Source of the DNA: Emiliania huxleyi CCMP1516
Taxonomy: Eukaryota
DNA length: 64,000 nt
Direction: 5' to 3'
Assembly: GCF_000372725.1 (NCBI RefSeq)
Contig: NW_005201613.1
Location: 30,290 to 94,289 of the forward strand
The position numbers and the translations under genes were made by a program. Shown here piece by piece: positions 47,676 to 59,445 of this stretch. How positions within the stretch are numbered: the stretch's first letter is position 1; every line of letters begins with the position of its first letter. The notes below the pieces were generated by a model that made no database searches, was not told where the DNA came from, and saw only the letters and a list, made by a program, of their open reading frames with translations.

Positions 47676-48076
47676 AGGGAGGAGGGGTGGGCGCGGCGGA
47701 GGCGAGGTGGGCGTGCCTAGCCTCCCCACGCGTCGGAGTTCTCTCAAATCAGGCCCCACGTGGCGACGCCGATCGGCGGGGGGATATGTGCATGTGGCGC
47801 GATAGAGTCTCCGTGGACGCCGTGAGTCGCTAGGTGAGTCGGCGTCTCTGATCGAGAGGAAAGGCAGTGGGGGGACCCCGCGGCGGTGTATGTCCGAGTG
47901 TGTATGTGTCCCGCGCCATCATTCTCGCAGTCGCACAACCGCGCCCGCGCGCGCCGCGCGGGACCGAGCGACGAGCCGACGCGCGAAATAAAAGTAAAAA
48001 GGAACAGGTCCCCGCCCCTTGCGATCTTTCTGCAGGGTTCATCTTTGTGGGTGTGTGGTGTCGCCGTGTCGGCGAC

Positions 48077-48611
48077 TACGGGGTGTGGACCGTGAGTTGA
48101 CCAGGGGTTGTGCGCCTGGCCCTCCTGCTCGGCTCCAGCCAGTAGACAAGTCTTGTCACTAACAGAGTAGAAGGATCTGACCTCGGGGCCGATGTGACCA
48201 AGCGCTGGTAGCGTGGTTTTACCTCACACCCATGGTCTCACAGTGTGCCGGCAGTCGCCGAGCAGTGTCGCTCACACAAGCCGCAGCACAAGTGACTGAG
48301 GGCCAGTGAGGGCGAGCCCATCGCTGTCACAGCTGTGGTAGCCGCACAGTAGGCTGTGTCAACTGTGCAGAGCGTGTGAGCAGCCGAGGAGCTGCTCTCC
48401 AAGCTTCTGACGCAAAGAGCTGCATGCCATCGAAGGCGCTGTCGAGGTTCGCCGAGCGCGGCGCAGGTTGGAGGAAGCCGCCACCGACGAGCGCGTTGGA
48501 CTTTTCACTCCGGACAAAGACGGGTAGACGCACACGAGCCGCGGTCGTCTACCCGTCATAGTGGCGAGGCGCGGGACCGTCTGTGGCGAAGTGGGTCGCG
48601 TCCTCCGATTT
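48077..48611 (+). mobile_element. Dispersed repeat family X, copy 3
   Basis: Near-identical to the reverse complement of 25119-25653. Confidence 0.85.
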
Positions 48612-49408
48612 CCTCAACTCATGGTCCGCTCCCTCTAGCCGGGGTCGTCCTCCCGATGGGGGACTAGCACTAGCCGTCTTCCACCTGGTCCCTCGGGTCC
48701 CTGCTGCTCCTAATCTCTTCGTACATCCTCCTGCTGATCTCCGCAAAGTCCTGCTCCCTCCCTCGTCTCGCCCTGCGCGTCTGCTCCGCCTCACCGTCTT
48801 CTGCCCTGCGTCGTCTGGCGACGGGTCCTCCATGGTCGGTCGAGGTCGCCGCCCTCCTCGTGCCTCTTCCCAACGTTCCCTCGGCGGCCGATGCCGTCTG
48901 CTCCGGCTCCCCAGTCCCCGGGTCTGCCCTGCTCTCGTCTGCGCTAGTTTCTGTTTCGTCATCACCGGCGTCTCTCCTCTTCCTTCTCCCCTTCTTGTAT
49001 GCTTTGCACATCGCGTCGATTCCTTTTCGCGTGAGCACCAGCCTGAAGCCCGCCCAGCATCTGAACCGCGCTCCCTAAGTCGAAGGAGCATCATCAGTCT
49101 CCCCCCCTTCGCTCTCTGCCCACCGTCTCCGCTCCCTCCCGCTTGTATGAGCCGCCGTCGCGGCCCTCGTTCGTCCCACTGGCTGTTGGCCCGTCCCTGC
49201 GTTGCCTGCGGTGCGTTATCCCTCCGTCTGCGACTCCCTCAAGGCCGGCCGAGCCTCTTTCCACCCAGTGAAGAGCTTCCTCAGCCACTCGATGTGTTCC
49301 TCTCTCTTCATTATGCGCCGTAGCCTCATCATTGAGCTGGATCCAGGAGGTGAGGGCATAGTCTGAGGGTTAGGTTTCTGGAGCCTCGGGTGCTTTTACG
49401 CTTTTGAT

Positions 49409-49492
49409 CGGGTCAGGTGTGAGTGGGACAGAGTGCGACTTTTACCACTTCGGGTCAGGTGTGGGTGGGACAGAGTGCGACTTTTACCACTT
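49409..49492 (+). repeat. 2 x 42-bp tandem duplication
   Basis: cgggtcaggtgtgRgtgggacagagtgcgacttttaccactt twice. Confidence 0.85.
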
Positions 49493-49564
49493 TGGTCGTC
49501 TCGGAGCGACCAGCCGGTAGCAGTTTTCTTTTTTTCTTCGGCGCTGTGCGCCGGGTGCGGAAGT

Positions 49565-49825
49565 ACTTGAGCACTTGAGCACTTGAGCACTGGATAGGGT
49601 CGATTCCGCGTGGTACGGGACCCCTCGATCGTCTCGCCCTCCCTCACTGGTGTGTTCATTGGGGGGGGGGGTCATAACAAAAACACGGTACAGGATCGAG
49701 GTGCACGCTGCCGAGGCAGTGTCGTCCCCCCTCTCCATCGTCTCACTGGGAAACGTCGGCGGTGATGGCGGTGTGACTGATCGAGCTACAAGAGGAAGAA
49801 CTTGGTCAGCAGGATCCGGGGTGGG
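49565..49825 (+). mobile_element. Dispersed repeat family Y (second copy at 62360-62590)
   Basis: Both copies begin with (CTTGAGCA)n then ctggatagggtcgattccgc...; same orientation. Confidence 0.8.
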
Positions 49826-50226
49826 TCGAGCAGTTCTCACTTCCTCATCACAATGGGTGAGAGCTTCAGTTCTCATGGCCAGCGCCACCACGCGTCCTCC
49901 CCTTCACCCCTCGGCTCGTGTGGATTCGAACCACGGCCGGGATGGAAGCTTCCTGCTTCCATCTGATTAGTTTTCCATTTTCCTCCTGTGCAAGAGCGGG
50001 GGGGGGAGCTCATCTAGGAAGTACTAGCTATCGTCCCGCAAAAACGGCAGAAGTAATTCCTGCACACTATGCCTAGAAAAATGTGCTGCCGCTCGCCTCG
50101 ACAGCGCCCACCGGTGTGTGTCCAAACACATGGGTAGCGCTACAAGTTTGTAACACATAAGGGCGCTGCTGAGCACGAGGCTGAGGCGCTGAGCCGCTGA
50201 GCCCGGGGCTCTTTGCGGCGGCGGCG

Positions 50227-50358
50227 ATGCGAAAGGTCCAAAAGGATCTGGTGGCGATGAAGGTGGTGGAGCTCAAGGAGGAGCTGGGCGAGCGTGGCGA
50301 GGCCCTCTCGGGCAGCAAGGCGTGGCTGCGCCGCCGGCTGCACGGCACGCCTCTATAG
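50227..50358 (+). pseudogene. Isolated SAP-domain fragment
   Basis: LVAMKVVELKEELGERGEALSGSKAWLRRRL matches the SAP consensus (L.V.ELK..L..RGL...G.K..L..RL). Confidence 0.65.
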
Positions 50359-51000
50359 TGAGCGAGTATTTGGAGCGAGCGCCGCGGGCGCCGCCGGAGA
50401 GTAGAATGTCCAAAAATTTCGCGCGCGCCTGCGGCGCGACTTTTACCATTTTGCCCCGGGCGGGCCCACTTTTGTCGTTTTGCCCCAAATCTGCGCCCGG
50501 GGGTGCTTTTCTTTTGACCCAAATCGGCCGGACTTTTAGGATACCCTCAGACTATGGGTGTTCACATGCCGACCGATTCGGAATCGGATAAAAGGATTCG
50601 CGGAGGTGGCTACAATATAGAGAGGACTAAAATAGAGCCAGTGCTAGACGAAGAGTACTTCTAGAACGTAGACGAAGGTCGAAGGGAGCGGACCCGCCGG
50701 ACGGACGCGCGAGAGCGAGAGTCGCCCCGTACACTGTGCGGGGAGAATCCGAGAGGAAAACCAAAACGCGGTGAAACGAGCTGCTGTGAAGGCAGAAGCC
50801 AGAACCAGAAGCCTCTCTTCCTCCAAGAAGTTCTAGAAAAAGCTAGTGAGACGGGGAACCAAGCGACACCGATTGCTAGAGGAACATACGTCGGAGCTGG
50901 CTCCTCGTGGGCTCCCCCCCCCTCATGTGCATGCAGTTGGCGCTAGTGGGGGGTAGGCTAATCGCGTCTCACAGCGCGTGCGCCTCTGCGGCTGGGGTCG

Positions 51001-52322
51001 TCACCCCCGCCCCGCCTCTGCCTCCTCCTCGCGGATCATCGAGCAGCGGCCAGCCCTGTAGTACTCGTTGCTCGCCGTGCCAAAGTAGGCGGCGCCGCTG
51101 CAGCTCGCGACGCTCGCTCCCCGCTCGCCCGCGCTACTCGAGTAGGCGCCCGCGAGCGCTGCGAGCTCCGAGGCGGGCGATGAGAGTGAGGGCTCGCTCC
51201 AGAGGGAGAAGCTCTCGTGGACGCCTGCGAGGCCGCCGATGCCTGCGAGCGTCGAGGTGGAGGCGTCGCGCTCGACCCGCATCCAGAGGTGGGTCCCCTC
51301 GGGGAGCACGCCTGCCGGCACGGGGGGTGGGGGGGGGGCGTCCAACACCGTCTCGAGGGAGAGGCGGGCGGGCCGTACGGCCAGGCCGCATCTGGGCCGC
51401 ATCTGGCTGTATCGCCGCAGGGACCACGCGATCGACTCTCCTGTGGGCGGTGGCGCGCACACCCCACTCTGCGACGCCCTTTGCCATGCCGCGGCCCCAC
51501 ACCGCCCACCGGCCTCCGAGCACGGCTGCCTCGCCCTCGCCTCCCCCGACGGTCCGGAAGGTGCCGCCCGGCCGCAGCACCACGGCGTACGAGAGAGGAG
51601 CGCCTGCGGGACGCGTGCCCTGGACGCGTCACGAACGCGCGTCTTGGAAACGGCGGACGTGGATAAGTACGGGGACCGACGCACCTCCTTCCATGTCGAT
51701 GAGCATTCGCCACCGGCCGACAAATGCGCGCTTGGCAAAGGTGGCCGGTCGTGCCGGCCGCGCGCTCCGCCGCCGCTCGAGCCGCGCCTGGCCCACGCAC
51801 ACGCGTCACGGGCGGAGGGGGAGGAGGAGGGAGCGGGGAGACGAATGGCCGCGGGGAGCACGCCTCAAGGTCCCCGAGGCCATCCGAGCCGATGTCGGCG
51901 AGCGCGAGGGTCAGGTCGCACTCGCCGACGTGGCACGGGTCCTCTGCACCCTCGAGGACGGCGCCACCAAGCTGTGTGCACCGCAGGCCCGTGCGCTCGC
52001 CGACAGCGAGGATGGTCCAATCTCTCACCCGCAGCGATACGGTCACGCGCTGCTGTGCAGATTCAGTCGGAGCGCTATCAGCCCACCAGACTCCCTCTTC
52101 ATTCTCATCGAGGCCACGCACTCTCCCGCTGGCGGCGAGCCGCCACGTCAGCGTTCGATCCCCGTCGTCGAGACGAAGCTCAGCTTTCCACACACCCGAG
52201 AGAGCCTCCAGCTCCTCCGGCTCGAGGGACCCTTCCGCTGCTGTGAGAGCGATTTGAGAGCGGATTTTAATTGGGACGGAGTGCACAGCAGAGGCGCGCC
52301 ACACCAGGGAGGCGAGGACCAT
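51001..52322 (-). CDS. Hypothetical multi-exon protein, possibly plastid-targeted
   Basis: Coding-like exons (LSGVWKAELRLDD.., VLEGAEDPCHVG.., FVGRWRMLID.., GAAYFGTASNEYYRAGRCSM). Confidence 0.6.
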
Positions 52323-52482
52323 ACGGAGGAGGCACGGCGGCGGCGGGCTTGGGGGGGGAGGCGAGGGCGGAGGTGGCGAGGGCGGAGGGCTCTCGAGTTG
52401 TTGGGGGGCGGACTTCCCCCCCCCCCTCACCCCACACCACACACACACTGGGCACGGGACTGACGGGACGGGACGGAGTCTG

Positions 52483-53959
52483 CTCAGAGGGGTGGTTGAC
52501 GGGTTGAGGGTTGAGGCCCCCCCTCAACCATCTGGTTGACGGTTGAGACCCCCCGTCAACCCTTTAGTTGGGGGTTGAGGCCTCCGGGGCGTATTCACAG
52601 GCTCGCGCGTGATCACAAGATTGGAACAGCCCTGCCGCCAAAAAAATCGCTTCGCCTGCGGCGCGCTCTTGCGGTCCTCGTACCTTGAGCGCAATCCATA
52701 AGTAGGAGACGCTCACTGTCGCCATTCAGGCGCCTGATCCTTCAGCAAAGCGATGGCCTACCAGGTACGAGTTGAGATGCGCGCCCGGCAGAAGACGCTT
52801 GTGATGCCGCATGCATGCAGTGGAATGCGCACAGAGAACGGACGGCAAGAGAAGGCAAGGGAAGGAAGATAAACGGCTGGTGAAGCTCAGCTCACGGCGT
52901 AGTATTGCGGTCACTAACCATTCACGGCAAGAGTCACGGTGAATGCTGCCGCATAAAAGCAACAGAGTCGCGGTTGGCGCGATGGTCTTGTCGCGGTTAC
53001 ATGTATATAACGACTTGACGTTGCACACGGCCATAGACGCAGTATCTGTTTGGCGAGCCTCAAGCAGCGAAAGCAGGCGCGAGAAATTAATGTCAATCCT
53101 GAGATCTCAATTTTGGCGCTAGTTTCGTTTTCTGGTACATCATGACGACTTGGGTCTCATGTAGCTCTCGACGGCTCTTCGACGGCTCTTTCTGGTTGGA
53201 TCAGACAGTGCTATCAGTCAACAACACAATGCCGAGAGCAGGGCGGCCTTCGAGCAGGGCGGCCTTCGAGGCAACTAAGTTCCTGCTGCATTTTTCATCG
53301 TACAACTTGATGGCGGGCGGACGTGTCGAGCATGGAAGGCGGCCATTGCTCAAACCTGTTCGAGTTGGCCTCCGGGAACAAGGGTGCGTGGCCGGCGCGG
53401 TCTGTTTCACGTGCAATAAGGGCAACGCCATCAAAATCGCGAACATGGGCCGACATGCCTCCGACATTTCTCAGGGCTCGCGGACGGAAGCTCTGCAGAC
53501 AGCCAGACCGCTATGCGCGGTCGGACCGACTTTTTCAGACTTTGCTATTCTGGATACTGAGGGTATGTGCTGCTAGATCTCACTGAGCTGAGCTCGTATC
53601 TGGCTTTGGTAAGCAGTTTTGAGTTCGGTAATGTCTCCGGAGACGGAGGGCCGCGTCCGCGGACGACCATGACGTCGGCCGGGATCCCCCGTGCGGGGGC
53701 CTTCGACGCGCCGTTTTTACGATACTTGCTTCAGCTACGTGCGTGAATGGGAGGTGTGATGCAGCATCCAGGCGTTAAAGAAGACGACATGAATGGTTCA
53801 CAGAGAATGTGTGTTCAGACCTTTGCGCGGGGGGTGTGAACAGCCATTCCGCGTGGTTGAGGGGTTGAAGGGGTCTGTCAACCACTTGGTTGAGGGTTGA
53901 GGCCTCTGTCAACCACGTGGTTGACAGTTGAGGCAATCGGCCTCAACCACCGCTCTGAG
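52483..53959. mobile_element. Non-autonomous TIR (hAT-like) element, ~1.48 kb
   Basis: 17-bp TIR CTCAGAG(G/C)GGTGGTTGA with 1 mismatch; many subterminal GGTTGA/TCAACC repeats at both ends; internal CFTC..NMGRH may be a BED-finger remnant. No clean TSD. Confidence 0.75.
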
Positions 53960-55885
53960 TAGAACGGAGGGCAGCAGGGCCGCGTGCGGGGCCTGCGCTT
54001 GGATGTCCCCGTCGGGCGCGCGGTGTGCCCACTTTCGGTTGACAGGCTTTATGGCGCGGATTTCATGAGCGATGTCTGTCGCATGCGTGCCGCCCCAAGC
54101 AATCAGTAACCAGCCTCCGGCGGGGCCCCCCGCTACCATCCAAACCCGAGTACAAAGCGCCTCTCCGAGAGCGCTGCGCAGACGGTCTACTTACTAATCA
54201 TAGAGGCTCAAGTGCGACAAGTCCACACACATAACATGACATGCGACACGGGTGCCATACACAAAGCATTACTCTCACGACACACGGGCACCGGAGCGGC
54301 GGCAGCGGCGGCAGCAGCACGCGCGGGCGGACGGATTCGGACGGGGCGGAGCAGCGACCGCCTGGGCGGCCGCTGCTCTGTCTGCCAGAGCGCGCCGTCT
54401 GCGCAGCGCGGTCAGGTGCAGGGAAGCGTGGCGGCGCGGGGAAGCGCGGCGGCGGTGGCGAGCAGGCGAGCGGCCCGCGCGCGGCGAGGCGGACAGGTGA
54501 TCGGCAGGCGGGTGATGGGCCGGAGAGTGACCGCGCCCAGCGATCGGAGCGAGCCGATCGTCGCTCGGCCGCAGCTGACCTCGAAGGCGTGCGGAGCGCG
54601 ACTGTCGGTGTCGGGGGGCGGCCGTCATGTGGCGAGGAGGGAGGACGACAAGTGCGCGTCGTACGGGTCGCTCTTCATCGGCCAGTCCAGCGGCACTCAA
54701 GTCGAGCATGGGCGACGAAAAGTGGTGGGGCCGGTGGGAGGTAGGACGAGATTCGTTTCGCGCTTTCAAAAGCGGCTTCGCGCCATATCAACTTTGGGTT
54801 TGCCACGAAAAGTGTATCCGGCTGGAAAGGGGGCTACTGGGGCGGCCAATTCACACCTCGCGGGACTACTTATGTTTTCGTAAACGTAGTCGTGGCCCCC
54901 CGCTACGTCGCACGACTGCGACTGGGTAGCGGGGGGCTAAAATAAAGCCCGAGAGCGATATGCCATGTCCGCCTTGCGTTGTTTCAAATTACGTGTGAGT
55001 GTTAGAGTTGTTTGGTATTGCTAAAAATCTCTCTAACATCGAAGGCAAACATCGAAATAGTTAGAGGCTGCGCAGGCCGTCCCGTTTGCTGTTTGAAACG
55101 CCTGTTGCGCTGGCCGCTGCGCGCGCGCGCTGGCCGCTGCCGGGGCTCTGTCTCACTCTCACGTGCCGCAATATGTGTCACACACGGCGGCTTCTGCCAC
55201 CTCTCGATTGGTTCTACTTTCTCCGCACACCTACCGGGGAAGGGGCGCTTGGGAGCGCCGGCGGGGGCGGGGGCGGGGGCGCGCAGCGCGGCTGCGCGGC
55301 GCGCGCAACAGAGGGTAGGGTGGGGAAGACGGCGAGGAGGGGGCGGCGGCGGCGGCGGCGGCGGCAGCGCGCGCGCGGCGCGCGCGACGGGGGGGCGGAG
55401 CAGCGACCGCTGGCGCGGCCGCTGCTCCGTCTGTGCCAGGGACGCGCGCTCTGCGCCGCTGCACAGAGCGCGCGTCAGGCAAAGGAGGGCATGCGTGGCG
55501 GCGCGGGACGCGCGGCGGCGGCGGCGAGCACGCTCCGTGAGCGGTGAGGCGGCCGGGCGAGGGCGCGGCGGGTGACGGTTCAAGGGAGCAGCCCACACCC
55601 GGCGTCGCTTTTTGAGCGACGCCTGTGGTACGCCTGCGCAGGGGCCGCAGGGCGGTCAGTTGTGGGGCGAGGCGGTGCCGGCCGCGGGCCGGGTGCAAGG
55701 CGCCGGCCTCGGCGCCGCCTCGGCGCGCCGCACGGGCGCGGCGAGCCTCTGAGCGGGAGCCGAAGGTTTGCCGTGGTGGGAGGGAGGGAGGGAGGTGGGG
55801 GTGATTTTTCTTTGCCGCAGAGGCCGTCCCTAGCTGTGAACAGCAAAACGGGACAGTATAAATACACGTTGGAGCAAACACAACG

Positions 55886-56484
55886 ATGTCGCTCCGACGC
55901 GTCGCTTTCAGCCTCGGCGCCACGGCCGCGGCCGCCGGTCTAGCTGGCTGCTCAAGCCAGCGGCTGCTGTGGCCGCAGCAGCGGGCGACCTGCGCGCGCG
56001 CTGCCATGAGCGACACAGCAGTCCACCGCCCCGAGTGGCGGCGCTTTGCAGTCGAGATGGGAACCGGCACGAGCCTGCGGCGGCAGGATCACACGGCAGC
56101 GGCCGTGCGTGCGCTGGAAGACGCCCTGTGGCGCGTCTCCATGACGGCCTACCGCGCGCTCGACAAGCGCCCGGAGGAGATGAAAATCGAGGTTGTGGTC
56201 GGCGTGCCGAAGCCGGCGGCGGTGGACGAGTCGGCGGTCCTCGCCGTGCTGCCGTACGGCGCGGCGCGCCCTGTCGCCTGTCGGAGAGGCCTTTCCTCAC
56301 GCGCCGCGCCGCTGTCGCCGCTGCAGGCGAGCGCTCCATCAGGGTCGTCGAGGGCGGCCTCGCCATCCCGGGAGGGTGCGGGGCGGATGCACAGGGCGAC
56401 ATCATCATGGCCAACGCGGCCGCAATCGTGTACCTTGACGTGGGCGACTACCTGGCGCTGAAACGGTCGGCAAGTATGGACTAA
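55886..56484 (+). CDS. Lin0512-family protein with N-terminal transit-like extension, 2 exons (GC-AG intron 56259-56326)
   Basis: RFAVEMGTG..QDHTAAAVRALEDA..VGVPKP..VD..VLPYG|..VVEGGL..DIIMANAAAIV fits the Lin0512 family pattern. Confidence 0.85.
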
Positions 56485-56950
56485 CACGCGGCTCTTGCTG
56501 ATCCGATGAGCAACACTGATTACTTGGCCGCTGGTGTATATGTCGCTCTTCGGAGCACGGGGAGGAAACGGCGAAGGCCAGTAGCTCTCACTGTCGGGAC
56601 TTGCCCCAAGGGGGGGCAACACCCTACAGAAGTTACATACAGAGGCGGAAGGCAGTTGGAGCCCTTGCACGTCGAAGGCGAGCCGCTGGGACTTCTCCGG
56701 CCAGAACAACGGGCGAGAGGAGGTGGCGGTGGTGAGGTGTGCGCACCGGCCGCGGCGAAGACTCGGTGTACGTCGCGATCCAGCACATGAAGAACCACGT
56801 CTGGCGCGAGGTCTGGCCCGCGATGCCGGCGGCTAGTAGGGCCCCGCGCAGGCCTCTGCGCCGCACGAGCCACGACCACGAGGGGCGCAGCCCGCAGCCC
56901 TCCATGCTCCAACTCTATTCGCCGCGGAGGGAGCGAGTCTCTTGGCCGCT

Positions 56951-59214
56951 GGCTCCGGCTCAGGTCAGAGGGCCCAGCGACTCGTCGGTTGGGTGTAAAC
57001 GGGCATCCCCGAGTGGCTTCAAACCAAACAGGGTGTGAATAGAGCTGTCTTGATGGTGCTGAGGACGAAGCCACCTCAAACTTTGATGAAGCCGCGAGTT
57101 TTTATAGTTTTCATTAGCTGTGAATAGTTATTGCGCCCGCCGCAGCCCGCCCTATTCCACTGGGCACGCGCCACGGGCCACGAGAGCCCTGGAAGAGCCC
57201 AGCTGGCATGTTCTATCGCCCGGGTGGCGGGCTGTCTGCATACAGACGTCTCGTCGCCATGGCTGACGCACGACTGGTCCGACGTGCGGTGGGAGTTTGA
57301 CCTCAGACAGGCCGTCGGTGTCGGCGGGCTGACGGCGGCCGCCGGAATCGCGATTCGCTCTGCCAGCTGCCAGCAGCCTCGTGTCGCGGCTCTCACAGGT
57401 GCAGCTGCCAGCAGCCTCATGTCGCGGCTCTCAGCGGTGGTGATTGGTCTTTGCGCCGTCGCTCGACGGCGTCACCACCCATCCGATCTGCGCAGCTCCT
57501 GCAGCTCCTGCAGCTCCTGCAGCTCCTGCTGTCAGTCTTCTACTCTCACTCGCCGCGCGCGGATTGTGCGCCGCACCAGCAGGACACATGCTCATGCAAA
57601 CAGTGCGAGAACTTGGTTGCGCCGCTTAGTGGCGGCGCTGCTTTAGAGGAAGCGGCAGCGTGGGAAGCACAGCAGATGGAGGCGGCGCGGCATGCCAAGG
57701 AGCTGCAATCGCAGTACTGGGGGCGGCAGCGCCAGCAACGAGCAAGGAGAGACGGGCAGAGGTTGAGCGGCTGAGTGCAGCAAGGGCCAAGGGCAAGAAA
57801 AAGGAATGTGGGCGTGGGCGATACGGGCGCCGCTAGGGCTCCGGCTCAGGTCGTGGGGCATAGCTCGGGTGTAAACGGGGTCTGGGGAGGAAGCCCCAGC
57901 GGCCCGCCGCAGGCGCCGCCGGAGGCTGGCCCGCCGCAGGCGCCGCCGGAGGCTGGCCCGCCGCAGGCGCCGATTTTTTGGCGTTTTTTCTCAAAATTGA
58001 GGGATTTCTCATCTAAATTCTCATCCAAAATCGAGCTCGCTACGAGCTCTCTAACTGCACAGCATCTCCTCGTGTTGAGCCTAGCGGCGCCCGTATCGCC
58101 CACGCCCACATTCCTTTTTCTTGCCCTTGGCCCTTGCTGCACTCAGCCGCTCAACCTCTGCCCGTCTCTCCTTGCTCGTTGCTGGCGCTGCCGCCCCCAG
58201 TACTGCGATTGCAGCTCCTTGGCATGCCGCGCCGCCTCCATCTGCTGTGCTTCCCACGCTGCCGCTTCCTCTAAAGCAGCGCCGCCACTAAGCGGCGCAA
58301 CCAAGTTCTCGCACTGTTTGCATGAGCATGTGTCCTGCTGGTGCGGCGCACAATCCGCGCGCGGCGAGTGAGAGTAGAAGACTGACAGCAGGAGCTGCAG
58401 GAGCTGCAGGAGCTGCAGGAGCTGCGCAGATCGGATGGGTGGTGACGCCGTCGAGCGACGGCGCAAAGACCAATCACCACCGCTGAGAGCCGCGACATGA
58501 GGCTGCTGGCAGCTGCACCTGTGAGAGCCGCGACACGAGGCTGCTGGCAGCTGGCAGAGCGAATCGCGATTCCGGCGGCCGCCGTCAGCCCGCCGACACC
58601 GACGGCCTGTCTGAGGTCAAACTCCCACCGCACGTCGGACCAGTCGTGCGTCAGCCATGGCGACGAGACGTCTGTATGCAGACAGCCCGCCACCCGGGCG
58701 ATAGAACATGCCAGCTGGGCTCTTCCAGGGCTCTCGTGGCCCGTGGCGCGTGCCCAGTGGAATAGGGCGGGCTGCGGCGGGCGCAATAACTATTCACAGC
58801 TAATGAAAACTATAAAAACTCGCGGCTTCATCAAAGTTTGAGGTGGCTTCGTCCTCAGCACCATCAAGACAGCTCTATTCACACCCTGTTTGGTTTGAAG
58901 CCACTCGGGGATGCCCGTTTACACCCAACCGACGAGTCGCTGGGCCCTCTGACCTGAGCCGGAGCCCTAGGCTCAACACGAGGAGATGCTGTGCAGTTAG
59001 AGAGCTCGTAGCGAGCTCGATTTTGGATGAGAATTTAGATGAGAAATCCCTCAATTTTGAGAAAAAACGCCAAAAAATCGGCGCCTGCGGCGGGCCAGCC
59101 TCCGGCGGCGCCTGCGGCGGGCCAGCCTCCGGCGGCGCCTGCGGCGGGCCGCTGGGGCTTCCTCCCCAGACCCCGTTTACACCCGAGCTATGCCCCACGA
59201 CCTGAGCCGGAGCC
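56951..59214 (+). mobile_element. 1130-bp TIR element (outer copy), split by an inverted copy of itself
   Basis: 16-bp TIR GGCTCCGGCTCAGGTC / GACCTGAGCCGGAGCC; flanks (c)GCT on both sides. Confidence 0.9.
57837..58966 (-). mobile_element. 1130-bp TIR element (inner, inverted copy) flanked by a duplicated CTAG
   Basis: CTAG at 57833-57836 and 58967-58970; the ORF track shows mirror-identical ORFs (57131+/58271-, 57451+/58143-). Confidence 0.92.
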
Positions 59215-59445
59215 GCTCTTTCGTCTTTGTCGGGTTGTGACTACTGACTTGTGACGTGTGACGAGGGGTGAGAGAGAAAAACTCTCGAGGCGCTGACAGT
59301 GACACACCGCGCGCCCCACGGGGGGCGTCCCACAGTCACCCACAGATCTGAGCCTTCCACGAGCGCCCCAAACATGAAACAAGCGGCACGGGTGCGCGCA
59401 GCACAGATGGCACCTGCCCACCGCCGCATCCACCAACCAGAAGAA

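Noticed and set aside
44558..47833. 1091-aa ORF as a single protein
   Set aside because: It reads through introns in GC-rich DNA; the PP2C motifs fall in different frames.
54290..55475. Two similar GGAGCAGCGACCGC..GCGGCCGCTGCTC hairpin blocks as an ncRNA
   Set aside because: Diverged, GC-rich and without a recognisable RNA family; more likely degraded repeat remnants.
57117..57128. AGCTGTGAATAG inside the self-inserted element, matching the 3' end of the 40-nt module
   Set aside because: Only 12 nt and lacking the 15-mer iteration; too short to claim a donor relationship.
57131..57774. ORFs inside the 1130-bp element as a transposase
   Set aside because: No DDE motifs; only a weak CSCKQCEN Cys cluster.
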